A stretch of 64,000 nucleotides of DNA from Mobula hypostoma (GCF_963921235.1 NC_086097.1:5766001-5830000), one strand, 5' to 3'; shown: positions 23,225-37,797, counted from the stretch's first letter. The notes: a model not told the origin generated them from the letters alone. A program made the numbers and translations.

Positions 23225-23495
23225 ACATAGTAACATAGAAACATAGAAAATAGGTGCAGGAGTAGGCCATTCGGCCCTTTGAGCCTGCACCACCATTCAG
23301 TATGATCATGGCTGATCATCCAACTCAGAACCCTGCACCAGCCTTCCCTCTATACCCCCTGATCCCTTTAGCCACAAGGGCCATATCTAACTCCCTCTTA
23401 AATATAGCCAATGGACTGGCCTCAACTGTTTGCTGTGGTAGAGAATTCCACAGATTCACCACTCTCTGTGTGAAGAAGTTTTTCCTAATCTCGGT
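23225..23495 (-). mobile_element. CR1 3' end
   Basis: (acatagaa)n tail; reverse of FFTQRVVNLWNSLPQ. Confidence 0.85.
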
Positions 23496-24379
23496 CCAAC
23501 ATCAAGAAACATGGAAGAACTACAAACGTAGAATCTATTTCTCCAGCTGTGGTTTCTGCTACACACAAATGTTTGACTGTATCTTTGGTATTTCTTTTTA
23601 GATTATAGGAACTTTACCCATGTTTTGGAAATCCTTAATTATTTATGCTTCAGAAAAGCTTTGATGCTTGTGCTTTAGAAATGGTTGGTGCCTTAGAAAT
23701 AGCTTGTATTTGGGAAATGTTTTAGATAGAAATCCTTTGTGAGTTTCCAGTGTTTAAGAGTGTTGTGTGAACTTGAATGTGTATCACTGTAAATAAATGA
23801 ATAGTGTTAGTTGGATGTAGCTTCTCCTCGGTAGCGAGAGGGGACTCACCACTCGAATAGCAGCTATACTCACCATGGAGATTAAACAGGGAAGTAAACT
23901 GGTCTTTGAAGATTAAGTAGCTACAGTATAATCTCCCTTTAGTGAGAGTACTCAAAGAGGATAACTACTACTCATTTAAAGAATCTTTTATCTTGTTATT
24001 TCATGCTCGTTATTTATTGTTATTTACTTATTATCTGTATTTGCACAGTTTTTTTTACAGTTTGCAGTTCCTAATGTTTATAGTTGACAGTTACTGCTAT
24101 ACAGATTTGCTAAGTATGCCCTGCAGAAGAAGAATCTGAGGCTTGTATGTACTCTGATAATAAACTTTATTTCGAATTTTGAAATTTGTACTTGTGACTA
24201 TTTTTATCTGAAAGGGTTTGAAGGTGTTATTTGAGTTTAGAACTTTGTGGTCAGCAAAGCCAACACCATCGCAAAGGTTTAAGTGATATGGAGTAAACAA
24301 TGAAGGCATCACAGTATAGCGGTTAGCATGAATCTGTTACTGCTCAGAGCATCAGAGTCTGGAGTTTAATTCCAATCTC

Positions 24380-24755
24380 CTCTCCTCCAAGAGGACCACA
24401 ACCTTGTCATTGGGGTTGGCAGCTCGTTTCCAGCCCTGGCTTGAGCCAGGGCTTTATGCTTTGGCTCTTGGTAGCGTCACTTATGCCAAACAGGTCAAAG
24501 GGTAGAAGCCAACTAAGACTGGTCCACTGGTTCTCCAGGTTTGGGGTTTCAGCTCAGAGCTAACAACCCTGGCTGATGAAACAAAACTGTTACATCTGAG
24601 TGTAACGGTATTCTTGAGTGACCACTTGAAACTTGTGTGACTATCAGCAGTGAAAACCGAGCTTCTGACACGATGAAGGAAGCCCTGAACAATGCCAGAG
24701 ATGGAGGACCTTCATTGCTTTCCTGAAAGCCAGTGGCATAACAAGTAGGAGGTAG
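24380..24755 (+). mobile_element. RTE (Expander/Rex3-like) bipartite non-autonomous element inside a V-SINE (24310-24830)
   Basis: RTE 5' UTR-like cacaaccttgtc...ttggtagcgtcac...aacaaccctg joined to a 3' end reading RWRTFIAFLKASG. Confidence 0.6.
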
Positions 24756-25009
24756 ATCTGATGTCCACGGTAAAAGGTTTATACATTCTCCCCGTGAATC
24801 ATGTGCATTTCCTTTGGGTGCTCTGCTTTCATTTATGAGTTAGACTGAAGTGTCTGTTTCTGTACAATATTATCCTCTGACCCTATGACCTTGGTTACAA
24901 ATCCAGAGACCTGACATCAAATTCTACCAGAGTTACAGGGCAACTTAAACATAATTAATGAAATAAATCAAGAATATAATGGCAATATCAGCAATGGTGA
25001 CTAAGAAAT

Positions 25010-27690
25010 AAGACCATAAGACATAGGAGGAGAATTATCCCATTCAGCCCATTGAGAAGTTCCTCCATTCTATCATGGCTGATCCCTCTCAACCGCATTT
25101 TCCTGCCTTCTCCCTGTAGCCTTTGACACCCTGATTAATCAAGAATCTATCAATTACCACCCTCTGGCTAAAGAAATTTTTCCTCTTCTCTGACCTAAGT
25201 AGACGTGCCTCAATTCTAGTCTCTCTGGTTCTAGACTCCCCACTATAGAAAACATTCTCTCCACATTCATTCTATCCAGACCTTTCAATAGATTTCAACG
25301 AGATCCCCCATCATCCTTCTAAACTCCAATGCCAGAGTCGTCAAACACTTGACATCTGTTAACCCTTTCATCATGGGATCACTCTCATGAACTTCCTCTG
25401 GATTTTCTTCAGTTCCAGCACATCCTTTCTTAAATAAGGTGCACAAAACCGCTCACAGTACTCCGACACCAGTCTGACCAATGCTTTATAAAGCTGTAAT
25501 ACTACCTCCTTGCTTTTCTATTCTAGTCCTCTTGAAATGAATGCTAACATTGCATTTGCCTTCCTTACCACTGACTCAGCCTGCAAATTAAAATCCTGCA
25601 TGAAGACTCCCAAGTCTCTCTACAGTTCTGATTTTAGAATTTTCTCCTCACTTACAAAATAGTCCTCACCCTTATTCCTTCCGTAATAGTGCATGACCAT
25701 GTACTTCCCTACACTATATTCCATCTGGCACTTCCTTTGTCTAAGTCCTTGTGCAGACACCCTACTTACTCAACACATGCCCTTCCACCTATCTTTGTAT
25801 TGTCTGCAAACGTAGCCACAAAGCCATCAGTTTCTTCATCCGAATCATTGACATACAACATGAAGATAGCAGGGCAAATTAAAATCCTCTGTGGCTATTG
25901 TAACAATGCCCTTTTCACATGCCTTCTTCATATTCCATTGTAATTTGTAGCCCCCATCCTGACTATTGTTTGGAGGCCCATATATAACTTTCCATCAGGG
26001 TTTTTTCACCCTTGCAGTTTCTTGACACTACACACAAAGATTCCGTTTGTACATTTTCCAAACCTTTCCACCTCTTTCTAAGGATTTGATTTCATTTTTT
26101 ACCAACAAAGCCACCCCAACCCCTCTGCATACCTCCCTGTCCTTTCGACACAACGTTTGTCCATGGATGTTAAGTTCCCAACCATAATCTTCCTTCAGCT
26201 GTGACTCAGTGACGCCCACATCGTCATACCTGCCAATCTCTAACTGCACTACAAGGTCATCTACCTTATTCCATATGCTGCATGCATTCATATACATCAC
26301 TTTCAGTCTTGTATTCATCACCCTTTTATCTTTTGTCACCTTGTTGCATTTCAGCTCCCACTGATTACCTTGCCCTATCATCTGCCTGTCCTTTCTCACA
26401 ATCTCAGTACACACTCATCTAGCTGTAAATGAATTGCCCCACCCTTACCCTGCCCTATCACTCCAGTTTCCATCCCCCTGCCAAATTGGTTTAAACTCTC
26501 CCCAGCAGTTTTAGTAAACCTGCCTCCAAGGATATTGGGTTCATTCATAACCCCGTCTTTTTTGTACAGGTCATAACTTCCCTGGAAAATATCCCAATGA
26601 TCCAGAAATCTGAACCCTTTCTCCCTGCACCAAATCCTCAGCCACACATTCATCTGCCATATCATCCAATTCTTGCCCTCAGTGGCTCGTGGCACAGGCA
26701 GCAATCCAAAGACCACTACCCTGGAGGTCCTGCTTTTTAGCATTCTGACTAACACCTTATATTTTTGTCTCCGGACCTCCTCCCTTTTCCCACCTATGTC
26801 ATTGGTATCAATATTTCCCACAGCTTCCAGTGATTCACCCAACCTCAGTGGAAAAAGTCTGGTTGCATTTACCCTATCTATACTTTTGTATACCTCTATC
26901 AAATCTCCTCTCAATATTCTACATTTCAAGGAATATCGTCCTGACCTATTCAATATTTCCTTATCACTCAGGTTCTCTGGACCCGGCAACATCCCTGTAA
27001 ATTTTCTCTGCACTCTTTCAACCTTATTTACAACTTTCCTGCAGGTGGGTGACCAAAACTGCACAAATACTCCAAATTAGGCCTCACCAACGTCTTATAC
27101 AACTTCAACATAGCATCCCATCTACTGTATCAATACTTCGATTTATGAAGGTCAATGCACGAAAGGATTTCTTTACAACCCTATCTACCTGTGGCACCAC
27201 TTTCAATGGATTATGTTCCTGCATTTCCAGATCCCTTTGTTCTACAGCACTCCTCAGTGCCCTGCAGTTCACTGTTTAAGACCCAATCCAGTTGGTCCTA
27301 CTGAAGTGCAACACCTCATACTGATCCAGATCCCTGTGCAAGCCATGATCGCCTTCCTCGCTGTCCACTACACCCCCATCCTCGGTGTCAACTGTAAAAT
27401 TGCTGATCCAGTTAACATTGTCACCAGGATCATTGATATGGATGACAAACAATAAAGGACCCATCATCAATCCATTTGGCACTCGACTAGTCACAGGCCT
27501 TCTGCCAGACGGGCAACCCTCTACTACCACTGACTGGCTTCTCCCACAAATCCAATACCACTGAACCTTCTTGACCAACCTCCCATGTGGGACCTTATCA
27601 AATGTCTTCCTGAAGTCCATGAAGACAATAAACACTGCCTTACTTTCATCAACTTTCCTGGTAACTTCCTCGAAATATATCAGATTGGTT
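25010..27690 (-). mobile_element. CR1 cluster: 3' end, endonuclease, ORF1 esterase and a second RT piece
   Basis: TND.G...LKSRTSRVVV.GLLPVPRA...W..NVWL..WC...GFRFLDHW (SGNH esterase); MNACSIWNK...VGVTES (endonuclease); MDFRKTFDKVPH (RT). Confidence 0.9.
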
Positions 27691-27699
27691 AGATGTATA

Positions 27700-28425
27700 T
27701 AATTTTTTAAAACTACAAATTTCAATAAAATATATATAAATTAAATAAATATTGCAAAAAGAGATCAAAAAAAAGAAAAAGAAAATAGTGTACAAAGATT
27801 CCTTGTCCATTCAGAAATCTGATGGTGGGTGGAGAAGAAGCTGTATCTAAACTGTTGTGTCAACACAGCAGAAAAAAGAAGATAGAGATCATAATAGTAA
27901 AGAAACAATAAATAAATATATATACATAAGATAGTATGTGTACATAGATTGATCTTATGTCGATAAAGTGACACTAGACATAGGAGAGGTGATTGACAAG
28001 AAATTATAAAGTAGTGGTGGTTGAAGATGTGGAGGGGTGGGTGAGTGGGTGGAGGTGTTGATCAGCCTTACTGCTTGGGAAGGTAACTACTTTTAAGTCA
28101 GGTAGTCCTGGCGTGGATGCTACGAGCCTGAACCCTGTTGGGACTGGGTCAAACAGTCCATGAGCAAGGTGGGTGGGATCTTTCATGATGTTACTGGCCA
28201 CTTTTTAGCATCTTTCTGTATATATGTCCTTGATAGTGGGTAGGCTGGTGCTGCTGATGCTTTGGGAGTTCTGGCTATTCATTGAAGAGCCTTCTTGTCC
28301 ACCACAGTGCAATTTCCATATCACGTAGTGATGTATCATGTTAGGATGCTCTCTACTGCGCAACTGCAGAAAGAAGTGAGTATAAATTTGCGTGATCCAG
28401 ATTTATTTAACCTTCTTAGAAAGTA
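27700..28425 (-). mobile_element. Rex1 3' regions
   Basis: ASNIMKDPTHLAHGLF and AVESILT.YITT motifs. Confidence 0.7.
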
Positions 28426-28706
28426 GCGAGGAAAGAACTTGATAAACTTTCCTTTGAAGTTATTCAGAGGTAGGACAATGTTAAAATCCCAGAGCTTAAA
28501 GAGACTTACAATTTTTGATTGACTGAGTGGGGAAGTAAATATCCCTCTGCAAAATTATTACAAATCAACACTCCTGAGATTGGTGACTAATGCTTTCAAT
28601 ATCATTAATGTTACTATGGCTTTGTTTTATTTTGATTCAATTTTGTTTCACATAAACCTTTAGCTGCCAAAATAATATATAGCTCTCACGGTACGTTACA
28701 GCCATA

Positions 28707-28763
28707 CAGTGCTGTGCACTTTAGCTATAAATATATGTGCCTAAGACTTTTTGCACAGTACTG
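28707..28763. mobile_element. Tiny Tc1-type MITE
   Basis: TA-cagtgctgtgca...ttttgcacagtactg-TA. Confidence 0.7.
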
Positions 28764-29196
28764 TAGTAATTTCATGTATTGCACTGTACCACTGCCATAA
28801 AAATAACCCAATTTTTTGACACCGTGTGATCTATTGTGGAATGAGAGGGGGAAGGGGGTAGGGAGAGGGAACTTAAGATTGGGAAAAGTGGAAAGGAATG
28901 GGGAGGGAGCAGCAAACACCAGCGAGACATTCTGGAATGATGAATGAACCAATTGATTGGAACCCATTGACCTTGCCTTGGTGTGTCTGTACCCATACCA
29001 CACCTGTCCCCTACCCTGGCCACCTGTCCCACACCCCCTCTGTGGCACACCACCCTCGCCATTCTCAACATCCTTTGCTCCTGCCAGATCTGCTGCTGCT
29101 TGGCAACAAATTTCATGCCATGTGCTTTTGAGAATAAACCCGATCTGATTCTGAATCTGTTTTACAAACTTGGTCTCCGCTCCACATTGACAAATG

Positions 29197-29268
29197 CGGT
29201 ACTGTGCAAAAGTCTTAGGCACCCTAGCTACATATTTTACATGTGCAGAAGACTTTTGCACAGTACTG
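29197..29268. mobile_element. Tiny Tc1-type MITE, 72 bp
   Basis: cggtactgtgcaaaagtctt...aagacttttgcacagtactg-TA, about 20-bp TIR. Confidence 0.8.
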
Positions 29269-29729
29269 TAGAATGTAAAAAGATTGAACTAAGACCATAT
29301 ATGAGTTCAACATGTTTATTTCATGTCATTTGGATAGAATTTCTGTTTTACTTTGAAGTTTAGGACCTGGTTGCAAATAATCCTGCACTGCACAATTACT
29401 GAAAAGAAGTGATTGTAAGACGAAGGTTGATCGTAAGCTTTTAAGAGAGCTATTATTATTTTATGTTCATCTCCTGCCTCTCTTTACTCCCAAGAAATTG
29501 ATTTTTTAATTATCTTTAAGCAGTAATGGGAAGAAATATTACATGTAGCCATTAAACAAACTGGTTTTGTATCTGATGTTTATAAATTATGAAATAACTA
29601 ACATTTCTCAAGAGTCAGAGCACTATTTGCAGTCTGTTGTAATTTCTCCATAATTTAAGCAGCTGATATAGTGGATAGTCAAAGCTGCGCAATGAATCAC
29701 CAGCACTAGACTAATTGCCATCAAGGACA

Positions 29730-32700
29730 TAGAAAACTGTAAGACATTGGAGCAGAATTTGGCCATTCAGTCCATCGAGTCTGCTCCTCCATTCCATTGT
29801 GGCTGATCCTGGATCCCACTCCATCCCAAACACCTGCCTTCTCGCCATATCCTTTGATGCCCTGACTGATCAGGAAACAATCAACTTCTGCCTTAAGTAT
29901 ACACACGGATTTGGCTTTCCTCGTAGTCAGTGGCAGAGCACTCCACAGATTCACTACTCTCTGGCTAAAAAAATTCCCCCTTACCTCTGTTCTAAAGGGT
30001 CACCCCTCAATTCTGAGGCTGTGCCCTCTAGTTCTGGATACCCTCACCACAGGAAACATCCTCTCCACATCCACCCTATCTAGTCCTTTCAACATTCGGT
30101 AGGTTTCAATGAGATCCCCAAGCATTCTTCTACATTCCAGTGAGTACAGGCCCAAAGCTGTCAAACACTCCTCATATGGTAACCTCTTCATTCCCAGAAT
30201 CATCCTCGTGAACCTTCTCTGGACTCTCTCCAATGACAACACATCCTTTCTGAGTTATGGAGCCCAAAACTATAGACAATACTCCAAGTGCTGCCTGACT
30301 AGTGTCTTATAAAGCCTCAGCATTATCTCCTTGCTTTTAAATTCTACTTCCCTTGAAATAACTGCCAGCATTGCATTTGCCTTCTTTACCATAGACTCAA
30401 CCTGTAAATTAATCTTCTAGGAGTCTTAAACAAGGACTCCAAAGTCCCTCTACACCTCTGATGTTTGAATCTTCTCTCCATTTAGGTAATAGTCTGCACT
30501 ATCATACACTTCCCAACACTGTATTCCATCTGCCTTCTTTTTTGCCCATTCTTCCAATTTGTCTAAGTCCTCTTACAATTACATTGCTCCCTCAGACTTA
30601 CCTATCCCTCCACCTATCTTCGTATCATCCACAAACTTTGCCAAAGAGCCATCAATTCCATTATCCAAATAACTGACGAACAATGTGAAAATAGCGATCC
30701 AAATATCGACCCCTGAGAGACACCACCAGTCACTGGCAGCCAACCAGAAAAGGCTCCCATTATTCCCACTCACTGTCTCCTGCCTGTCAGCCATTCCTCA
30801 ATCAATGCCAGTATTTTTCCTGTAATGCCAGGATTTTATCTTGTTACGCAGCCTCATGTGTGGCATTTTATCAAATGCCTTCTGAAAATCCAAGTAAATG
30901 ACATCCACTGCCTCTCCTTTGTCCACCCTGCTTGCTATTTCCTCAATGAACTCTAAGTCTTCACGTATGTGAAGGATGTAAGTAATAAAGTCAATTCAAT
31001 TCAATTCAATTTAATTCCACGGATTTGCAGGCAAGATTTCCCTTCAGAATCAAGTATATTATCACTAGCATGTGTCATGAAATTTGTTAACAGCAGCAGC
31101 AGTTCAATGCCAAACATAATATGGAATAGAAAATAAATAAATAAATCAGTAAATCAATTACAGTACATGTATATTGAATAGATTAAAAATTGTGCAAAAA
31201 CAGAAATAATATATATTAAAAAATGAGGTAGTGTTCACAGTTTCAATGACCATTTAAGAATCGGATGGCAGAGGGGAAAAAGCTGTTCCTGAATCACTGA
31301 GTGTGTGTCTTCAGGCTTCTGTACCTTCAACCAAATGACAACAGGGAGAAAAGAGCATGCCTTGAGTGCTGGGGGTTCTTAATAATGGACGCTGCCTTTC
31401 TAAGACACTGCTTCTTGAAGATTTGTAGGCTAGTACTCAAGATGGAGCCAACCAAATTTATGACCCTCTGCAGCTTCTTTCTGTCCTGTGCAGTAGCACA
31501 CACTCCACCCACTCCACACCCCCCCCACCCCCCACCGGCCGTATCAGACAGTGATGCAGCCTGTCAGAATGCTCTCTATGGTACATCTATAGTAGCTTTT
31601 GAGTATTTTTGTTGATGCACCAAATCTCTTCAAACTCCTAATAAAGTATAGTCACTGTCTTGCCTTCTTTATAGGTGAATTAATATGTTGGGACCAGGTT
31701 AGGTCCTCAGAGATCTTGGCACCCAGGAAATTGAAACTGCTCACTCTCTCCACTTCTCTTCCCTCTATGAGGATTGGTATGTGTTCCTTTATTGTACCCT
31801 TCCTGAAATCCACAATCAGCTTTTTCATCTTACTGACGTTGAGTGCCAGGTTGTTGCTGTGACACCACTCCACTAGTTGGCATATCTCACTCCTGTACAC
31901 CCTCTCATCTCCATCTGAGATTCTGCCAACAATGGTTGTATCATCAGCAAATTTATAGATGGTATTAGAGCTGTACCCAGTGATACAGTCATGGGTATCG
32001 AGAGAGTAGAGCAGTGGGCTAAGCACACACCCCTGAGGTGCACCAGTGTTGATCATCAGCGAGGAGGAGATGCTATCACCAATCCACACAGATTGTGGGC
32101 TTCCAGTTAGGAAGTCGAGGATCCAATTGCAGAGGGAGGTACAGAGGCCCAGGTTCTGTAACTTCTCAATCAGGATTGTGGGAATGATGGTGTTAGATGC
32201 TGAGCTATAGTTAATGAACCGCATCCTGACAAAGGTGTTTGTGTTGTCCAGGTGGTCTAAAGCCAAGTGAAGAGCCATTGAGTTTGTGTCTGCCATTGAC
32301 CTATTGTGGCGATAGGCAAATTGCAGTGGGTCCCGGTCCTTGCTGAAGCAGGAGTTCAGTCTAGTCATGACCAACCTCTCAAAGCATTTCATCATTGTAA
32401 ATATGAGTGCTACCAGGCGATAGTCATTAAAGCAGTTCATATTATTCTTCTTAGGCATTGATATAATTGTTGCTTTTTTGAAGCAAGTGAGAACTTCCAC
32501 CCATAGCAGTGAGAGGTTGAAAATGCCTGTGAATACTTCCACCAGTTGGTTGGCAAAACTTTTCAGAGCCTTGCCAGGCCTTCCGCCTTGCAAGGATTCA
32601 CTCTCTTTAAAGACAGCCTAACACTGAGACAGAAATCACAGGGTCACCGGGTGCAGCAGGGATCTTCACAGTTGTATTTATGTTCTCTCTTTCAAAGTGG

Positions 32701-35700
32701 GCATAGAAGGCATTGAGTTCATCTAGTAGTGAAGCACCACTGCCATTCATGCTATTGGGTTTCACTTTGTAGAAAGTAATGACTTGCAAACCCTTGCAGA
32801 GTTGTCATACATCCGATCTCACCTCTAACCCCATTCGAAATTGGCTCCTTGCCCTTGAAATAGCCCTCTGCAAGCCATACCTGGTTTTCTGGTACAGGCC
32901 TGGGTCGCCAGCCTTGAATGCCACAGATCTAGCTTTCAACAGATGATGTACCTCTTGGTTCATCCACGGCTTTTGGTTTGGGAATGTATAGTAAGTCTTT
33001 GTAGGCACACACTCATCCACACAGGTTTTATTGAAGTCATTAACAAATACAGCATACTCATCTAGATTCGAAGATAAATCCTTGAATGCAGTCCTATCCA
33101 CTGATTCAAATCAGTCCTGTAAGCGCTCCTGTGCTTCCCTTGTCCATACATTTTTGGTCCTCACTGCTGATGCTGCAGTCTTCAGTCTCTGCCTATCCTC
33201 AGGGAGTAGAAGTACAGCCGGGTGATCAGACTTCCCAATGTAAGGATGTGGAATAGCATAGTAGGCATTCTTGATGGTGGTGTAACACTGGTCCAGTGTG
33301 TTGTTTTCTCTGGTATTGCAAGTGATCTGTTGATGGTAAATACTTCTGATTTTTTCAGACTGGCCTTGTTAAAGTCCCCAAAAATGATGGTGAAGGTGTT
33401 AGGGTGTGCTGTATTGTGCATTTTGTTCCCATTGCTCAGATCATCTAAAGCCTGATTGACATTGGTCTGAGGTGGAATGTGTGCTGCTGCCAAAATGATC
33501 ACGGAAATCTCCCGTGGTAGGTAAAATGGATGGCACTTAACTGCGAGATATTTCAGGTCTGTTGAGCAGAATTGGGACAGCACTGATACATTTGTGCACC
33601 AAGAGGAGTTGATCATGAGCATGCAAATACCATGCTGACTTTGACTTATTTTATCATTAGTCTCCAAGTACCCCAAAACCTCATTCTTAATAATAGACTC
33701 CAACACGTTCCCAAACACTGAGATTAGGTTAACAGACCTATAATTTCCGTTCTTTTGCCTTCCTCCCTTCTTAAAGAGTGGAGTGACATTTTCAATCTTC
33801 CAGTCCTCCAGGATTATGGATGAATCAAGTGAGTCTTGAAAGATCATTAAAACTGCATCCATTAGCTCTTCAGCAACCACCCTCAGGACTCTGGGATGTA
33901 GTTCATCTGGTCCAGGTGACTTATCCACCTTAGGACATTTGAGTTTGCCTTGCACTTTTTCCTTTGCAATAGCAAAGACACTCACTCCTGCACCCTGACA
34001 CTCACAGACTTCTGGCACTCTGGTAGTGTCTTCCACAGCAAAGACTGATTCAAAGTTCCCATCAAGCTCATCTTCCATTTCTTTGTCTCCATTACTACCT
34101 CACCAGCATCATTCTTCCATGGCCCAATATCAACTCTCATCCCCCTTTTACTCTTTATGTAACTGAAAAAAAAGTCTAGTATCCTGTTTTATATTATTGG
34201 CTAGTTTGCCCAAATATTTCATCTTTTCCCTTCTTACAGCTTTTTTAGTTGCCTTTTTGGGTTTTAAAAGCTTCCCAATCATTCAACTTCCCGCTCACTT
34301 TTGCTACCTTATTTGCCCTTTTCTTGGCCTTTATGCAGTCCTTAACTTCCTTTATCGGCCACGGTTGCCTACCCCCGCAATTTGAGAACTTCTTCTTCTG
34401 TGGGACATAACTATTTTGCCTTGTGAACTATTCCCAGAAAATTCAGCCATCTCTTCCATCATTCCCATAATCACCCTCCTCCTCCAATCCACCTTGGCAA
34501 GCTTCTCTCTCATGCCTCTGTAATTCCCTTTATTCCATTGCGATACTGATACAGGTGAGTTATGCTTCTCCCTCTCAGATTGTAGTACGAATTCAATCAC
34601 ATTACGATTGAATTCTGTGTCCAGTTCTGGTCGCCTCACTATAGGAAGGACGTGGAAGCATTGGAAAGGATACAGAGGAGGTTTACCAGGATGCTGCCTA
34701 ACTGAGAGAGTATGCATTATGATCAGAGATTAAGGGAGCTAGGGCTTTACTCTTTGGAGAGAAGGAGGATGAGATGAGACATGACAGAGGAGTACAAGAT
34801 AATAAGAGGAATAGATAGAGTGGATAGCCAGCGCCTCTTCCCCAGGGCACCACTGCTCAATACAAGAGGACATGGCTTTTAGGTAAGGGGTGGGAAGTTC
34901 AAGGGGGATATTAGAGGAAGGTATTTTACTCAGAGAGTGGTTGATGCGTGGAATGCACTGCCTGAGTCAGTGGTGGAGGCAGATACACTATTGAAGTTTA
35001 AGAGACTACTAGACAGGTATATGGAGGAATTTAAGGTGGGGGCTTGTATGGGAGGCAGGGTTTGAGAGTCGGCACAACATTGTGGGCCGAAGGGCCTGTA
35101 CTGTGCTATACTCTTCTATGTGCTATGTTCTATGATCACTGCCTCCTAAGGGCTCCTTTACATTAAGCTCCATAATAAGATCTGGTTTATTACACAATAC
35201 CCAAACTAAGATAGCCTTTTCCTGACTAGGCTCAAGCACAAGCTGCTCTAAAAAGCCATCTCGTATGCATTCCACAAATTCCTTCTCTTACAATCCGACA
35301 CCAACCTGATTTTCCCAATCCCTTTACATATTGAGGTTCCTTATTACAGTTGTGTCATTATCCTTATTACATGCCTTTTCCAGCTCCCTTTGCAATCTCA
35401 ACCCCACATCTTGGCGACTTATTTGGAGGTCTATATATGATCCCCATAACTTGTTTTTCCTCTTGTAGTTTCTTAACTGCACCCATAAAGATTTAACATT
35501 CTCTGACCCTATGTCTCTTCTTTCTATAGATGTAATTCCATCTCTTACTAACAGAGCCACACCACTGCCTGTGCCTTCATGCCTGTCCTTTCAATGCAGA
35601 GTATATCCTTTGATGTTAAGCTCCCAACAGTGGCCATCACCTACCCATGACTCAGTGATGCCCACAATGTCATTCCGACCAATTGCGTCATGGTTCACCC

Positions 35701-35925
35701 ACCTTATTCTGAATGCTATGTGCATTTCTAAATACAGCATCTTCAGTCCTGCATTCTTCGCTCTTTTGAATTTTGCTCTGTGATACAATTTAACTCTTTG
35801 TTCTGTCTGCATTTGTGCTCAGTCATTGGCTTGTCCTTCCTTACATTCATGTTACATCCATCATCTACTTGTAAACCTGCTGGCTCATCCTCAGCTCTAT
35901 CATACTGGTTCCCATCCCCCTGTCA
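29730..35925 (-). mobile_element. Long CR1 ORF2 (endonuclease to 3' UTR), interrupted by Rex1 (31045-33620) and a plus-strand CR1 3' end (about 34610-35135)
   Basis: DIVGITESW, KSPGPDELHPRVL, KGGRQKNGNYR, SQHG | KGKSC junction split by the Rex1, KFVDDTKIGG, ERVQRRFTRMI. Confidence 0.85.
31045..33620 (-). mobile_element. Near-complete Rex1/Babar LINE (partial endonuclease, RT, 3' UTR), degenerate
   Basis: PFYLPRE, GDFN, FPNQKPW, NDYRLVAL, CFERLV, DPLQFAY, GAPQGCVLSPLL, KFADDTTIVG. Confidence 0.95.
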
Positions 35926-35929
35926 TATA

Positions 35930-36512
35930 TTAGATTATAAGGACATTCAGTCCTTGTTTGTTGTCATTTAGAAATGCATGCATTGAGAAATGATACTATG
36001 TTCCTCCAGAGTGATATCACAAAAAAAAGGACAAACCAAAGACTAACACTGATAAGACCACATAATTATAACATATAGTTACAGCAGTGCAAAGCAATAC
36101 CGTAATTTGATAAAGAGCAGACCATGGGCACGGTAAAACAAAGTCTCAAAGTTCCGGTCTACTCCCGATAGTCCCGATAGCAGGTGGCAAAAGGGAGAAA
36201 CTCTCCCTGCCATAAACCTCCAGGCGCCGACAACTGCCGATGCATTGGAAGCACCAACCACAGCCAACTCTGAATCCGTCCGAAACCTTCGAGCCTCCGA
36301 CCAGCCCCTCCGATACAGCCTCCAAAGCACCATCCTCTGCCGAGCGCTTTGACCCCTTCCCGGCCGCCGAGCAACAAGCAAAGTCAAGGACTCAGGGCCT
36401 TCTCCTCCAGAGATTCTGGATCACACAGTAGCAGTGGCAGCAAAGAAGGCATTTCAAAAGTTTCACCAGATGTTCCTCTGTGCCCTCACATCTGTCTCCA
36501 TCAAATCAGGAT
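35930..36512 (-). mobile_element. About 580-bp non-coding retroposon with a Rex1-like 3' end; sister copy at 54348-54935
   Basis: Colinear reverse-complement match to the 54 kb copy over its whole length. Confidence 0.8.
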
Positions 36513-36519
36513 TGTGCAG

Positions 36520-37250
36520 ATTGTGCAGATATATGTACAGAAAGGTGCCGGAAAAAGATCTGTAACATCATGATGAATCTCACCCACCCTGCACATGGAC
36601 TGTCTGTCCCACTTGTGGACCCAGGTGAGGGAACTGGGGAGGAGGACCAATGGAAACTCACATCATTCCACAGATGCATGTAGAGAGCATCCTAACAAGT
36701 TACATCACTTCATGATATGGAAACTGCATTGTTACAGGCACAAAGGCGTTACAATAGGTATTCAGAACTTTTCAATGTATCACCAAAACAGGTCTACCCG
36801 CCTTCAAGGACATATGTGCTGGAAAAGGGCCAGTGGCATCATGAAGGATCCCACCTACCCTGCTAACGTACTGTTTGTCCCACTCCCACAGGGAGGGGGC
36901 CACGTAGCATCTGCACCAGGATTACCAGACTCAAAAACAGTTACTTTTCCCAAACAGTAAGGCTGGTCAAATCCTCCACCCACTAACCAATCTCTCCGCA
37001 CCCCCAAGCACCACCACTTTATTATTTCCTGTCAAAGTCTCCATATGTACAGACACCCCTGTGCCTCACGTCACTTTATGGACATATAATCAACCTATGT
37101 ATATAAGCTAACTTATGTATTTATATTTATTGTGTCTTTATCTTATTGTGTTTTTTCTGAGCTGCATCAGATCCAGGGTAACAATGACTCAGTTCTCCTT
37201 TATATTTGTATACTGGGAATGTCATTAAACAATCTTGAATCTTGAATCCA
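36520..37250 (+). mobile_element. Rex1 3' end
   Basis: KRASGIMKDPT.PA..LFVPL; (aatcttg)n tail. Confidence 0.75.
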
Positions 37251-37629
37251 GAATGTTGAATTTCTTTTACCTCATGACTGTATTACAGAGACCATTCAGT
37301 AAGTGTTACCTTCATTTATATCGGCTGGCTTTTAATTGGTGCACACATGGCACAAATAATATCGCAAACAATGATAGGGATTCCTAGACTAGGGACAGCC
37401 CATCAGCTCTAAGATAACAAGTCCCTTTGCTTCTAGCCAACACACACCACACCTATTTGCAAACATCTATAGATCTGATCTCCCCCATGAGAGCTGCTGA
37501 TGTCTTTGCCAAGAATTTAACTGACACTTCGTTGTTTATTCATTACTCATAGATCAGTCAGAACCTACAGGCTGGCTTTTGATATTCAGATCTGTGTGCT
37601 GAACACTCAACTTGGAGACATATATATAT

Positions 37630-37797
37630 ATGTTCGTCCATTGTCATCGTCGATGAAGACCTGGACACCATTGATGGTGTCGAGACTAGCGTATGATTTG
37701 GAGTGAGGGAGAGTTGCGCAGCATCAGTCTCACTCTCTCTTCCCAATTCCCATCTGGATCCAATGGCAAGACAGAGTTGAGATGGCTGGAGATGGGA
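37630..37797 (-). mobile_element. 5'-truncated copy of the 15365 element
   Basis: Reverse-complement match including the gacaccat/atggtgtc hairpin; flanked by acttggaga(c/t)at. Confidence 0.8.

Noticed and set aside
26396..27064. 222-aa ORF joining an RT tail to an esterase
   Set aside because: Junction of two adjacent CR1 fragments.
33182..34078. 298-aa ORF as a novel RT-endonuclease fusion
   Set aside because: Chance read-through across the CR1/Rex1 insertion junction at about 33620.
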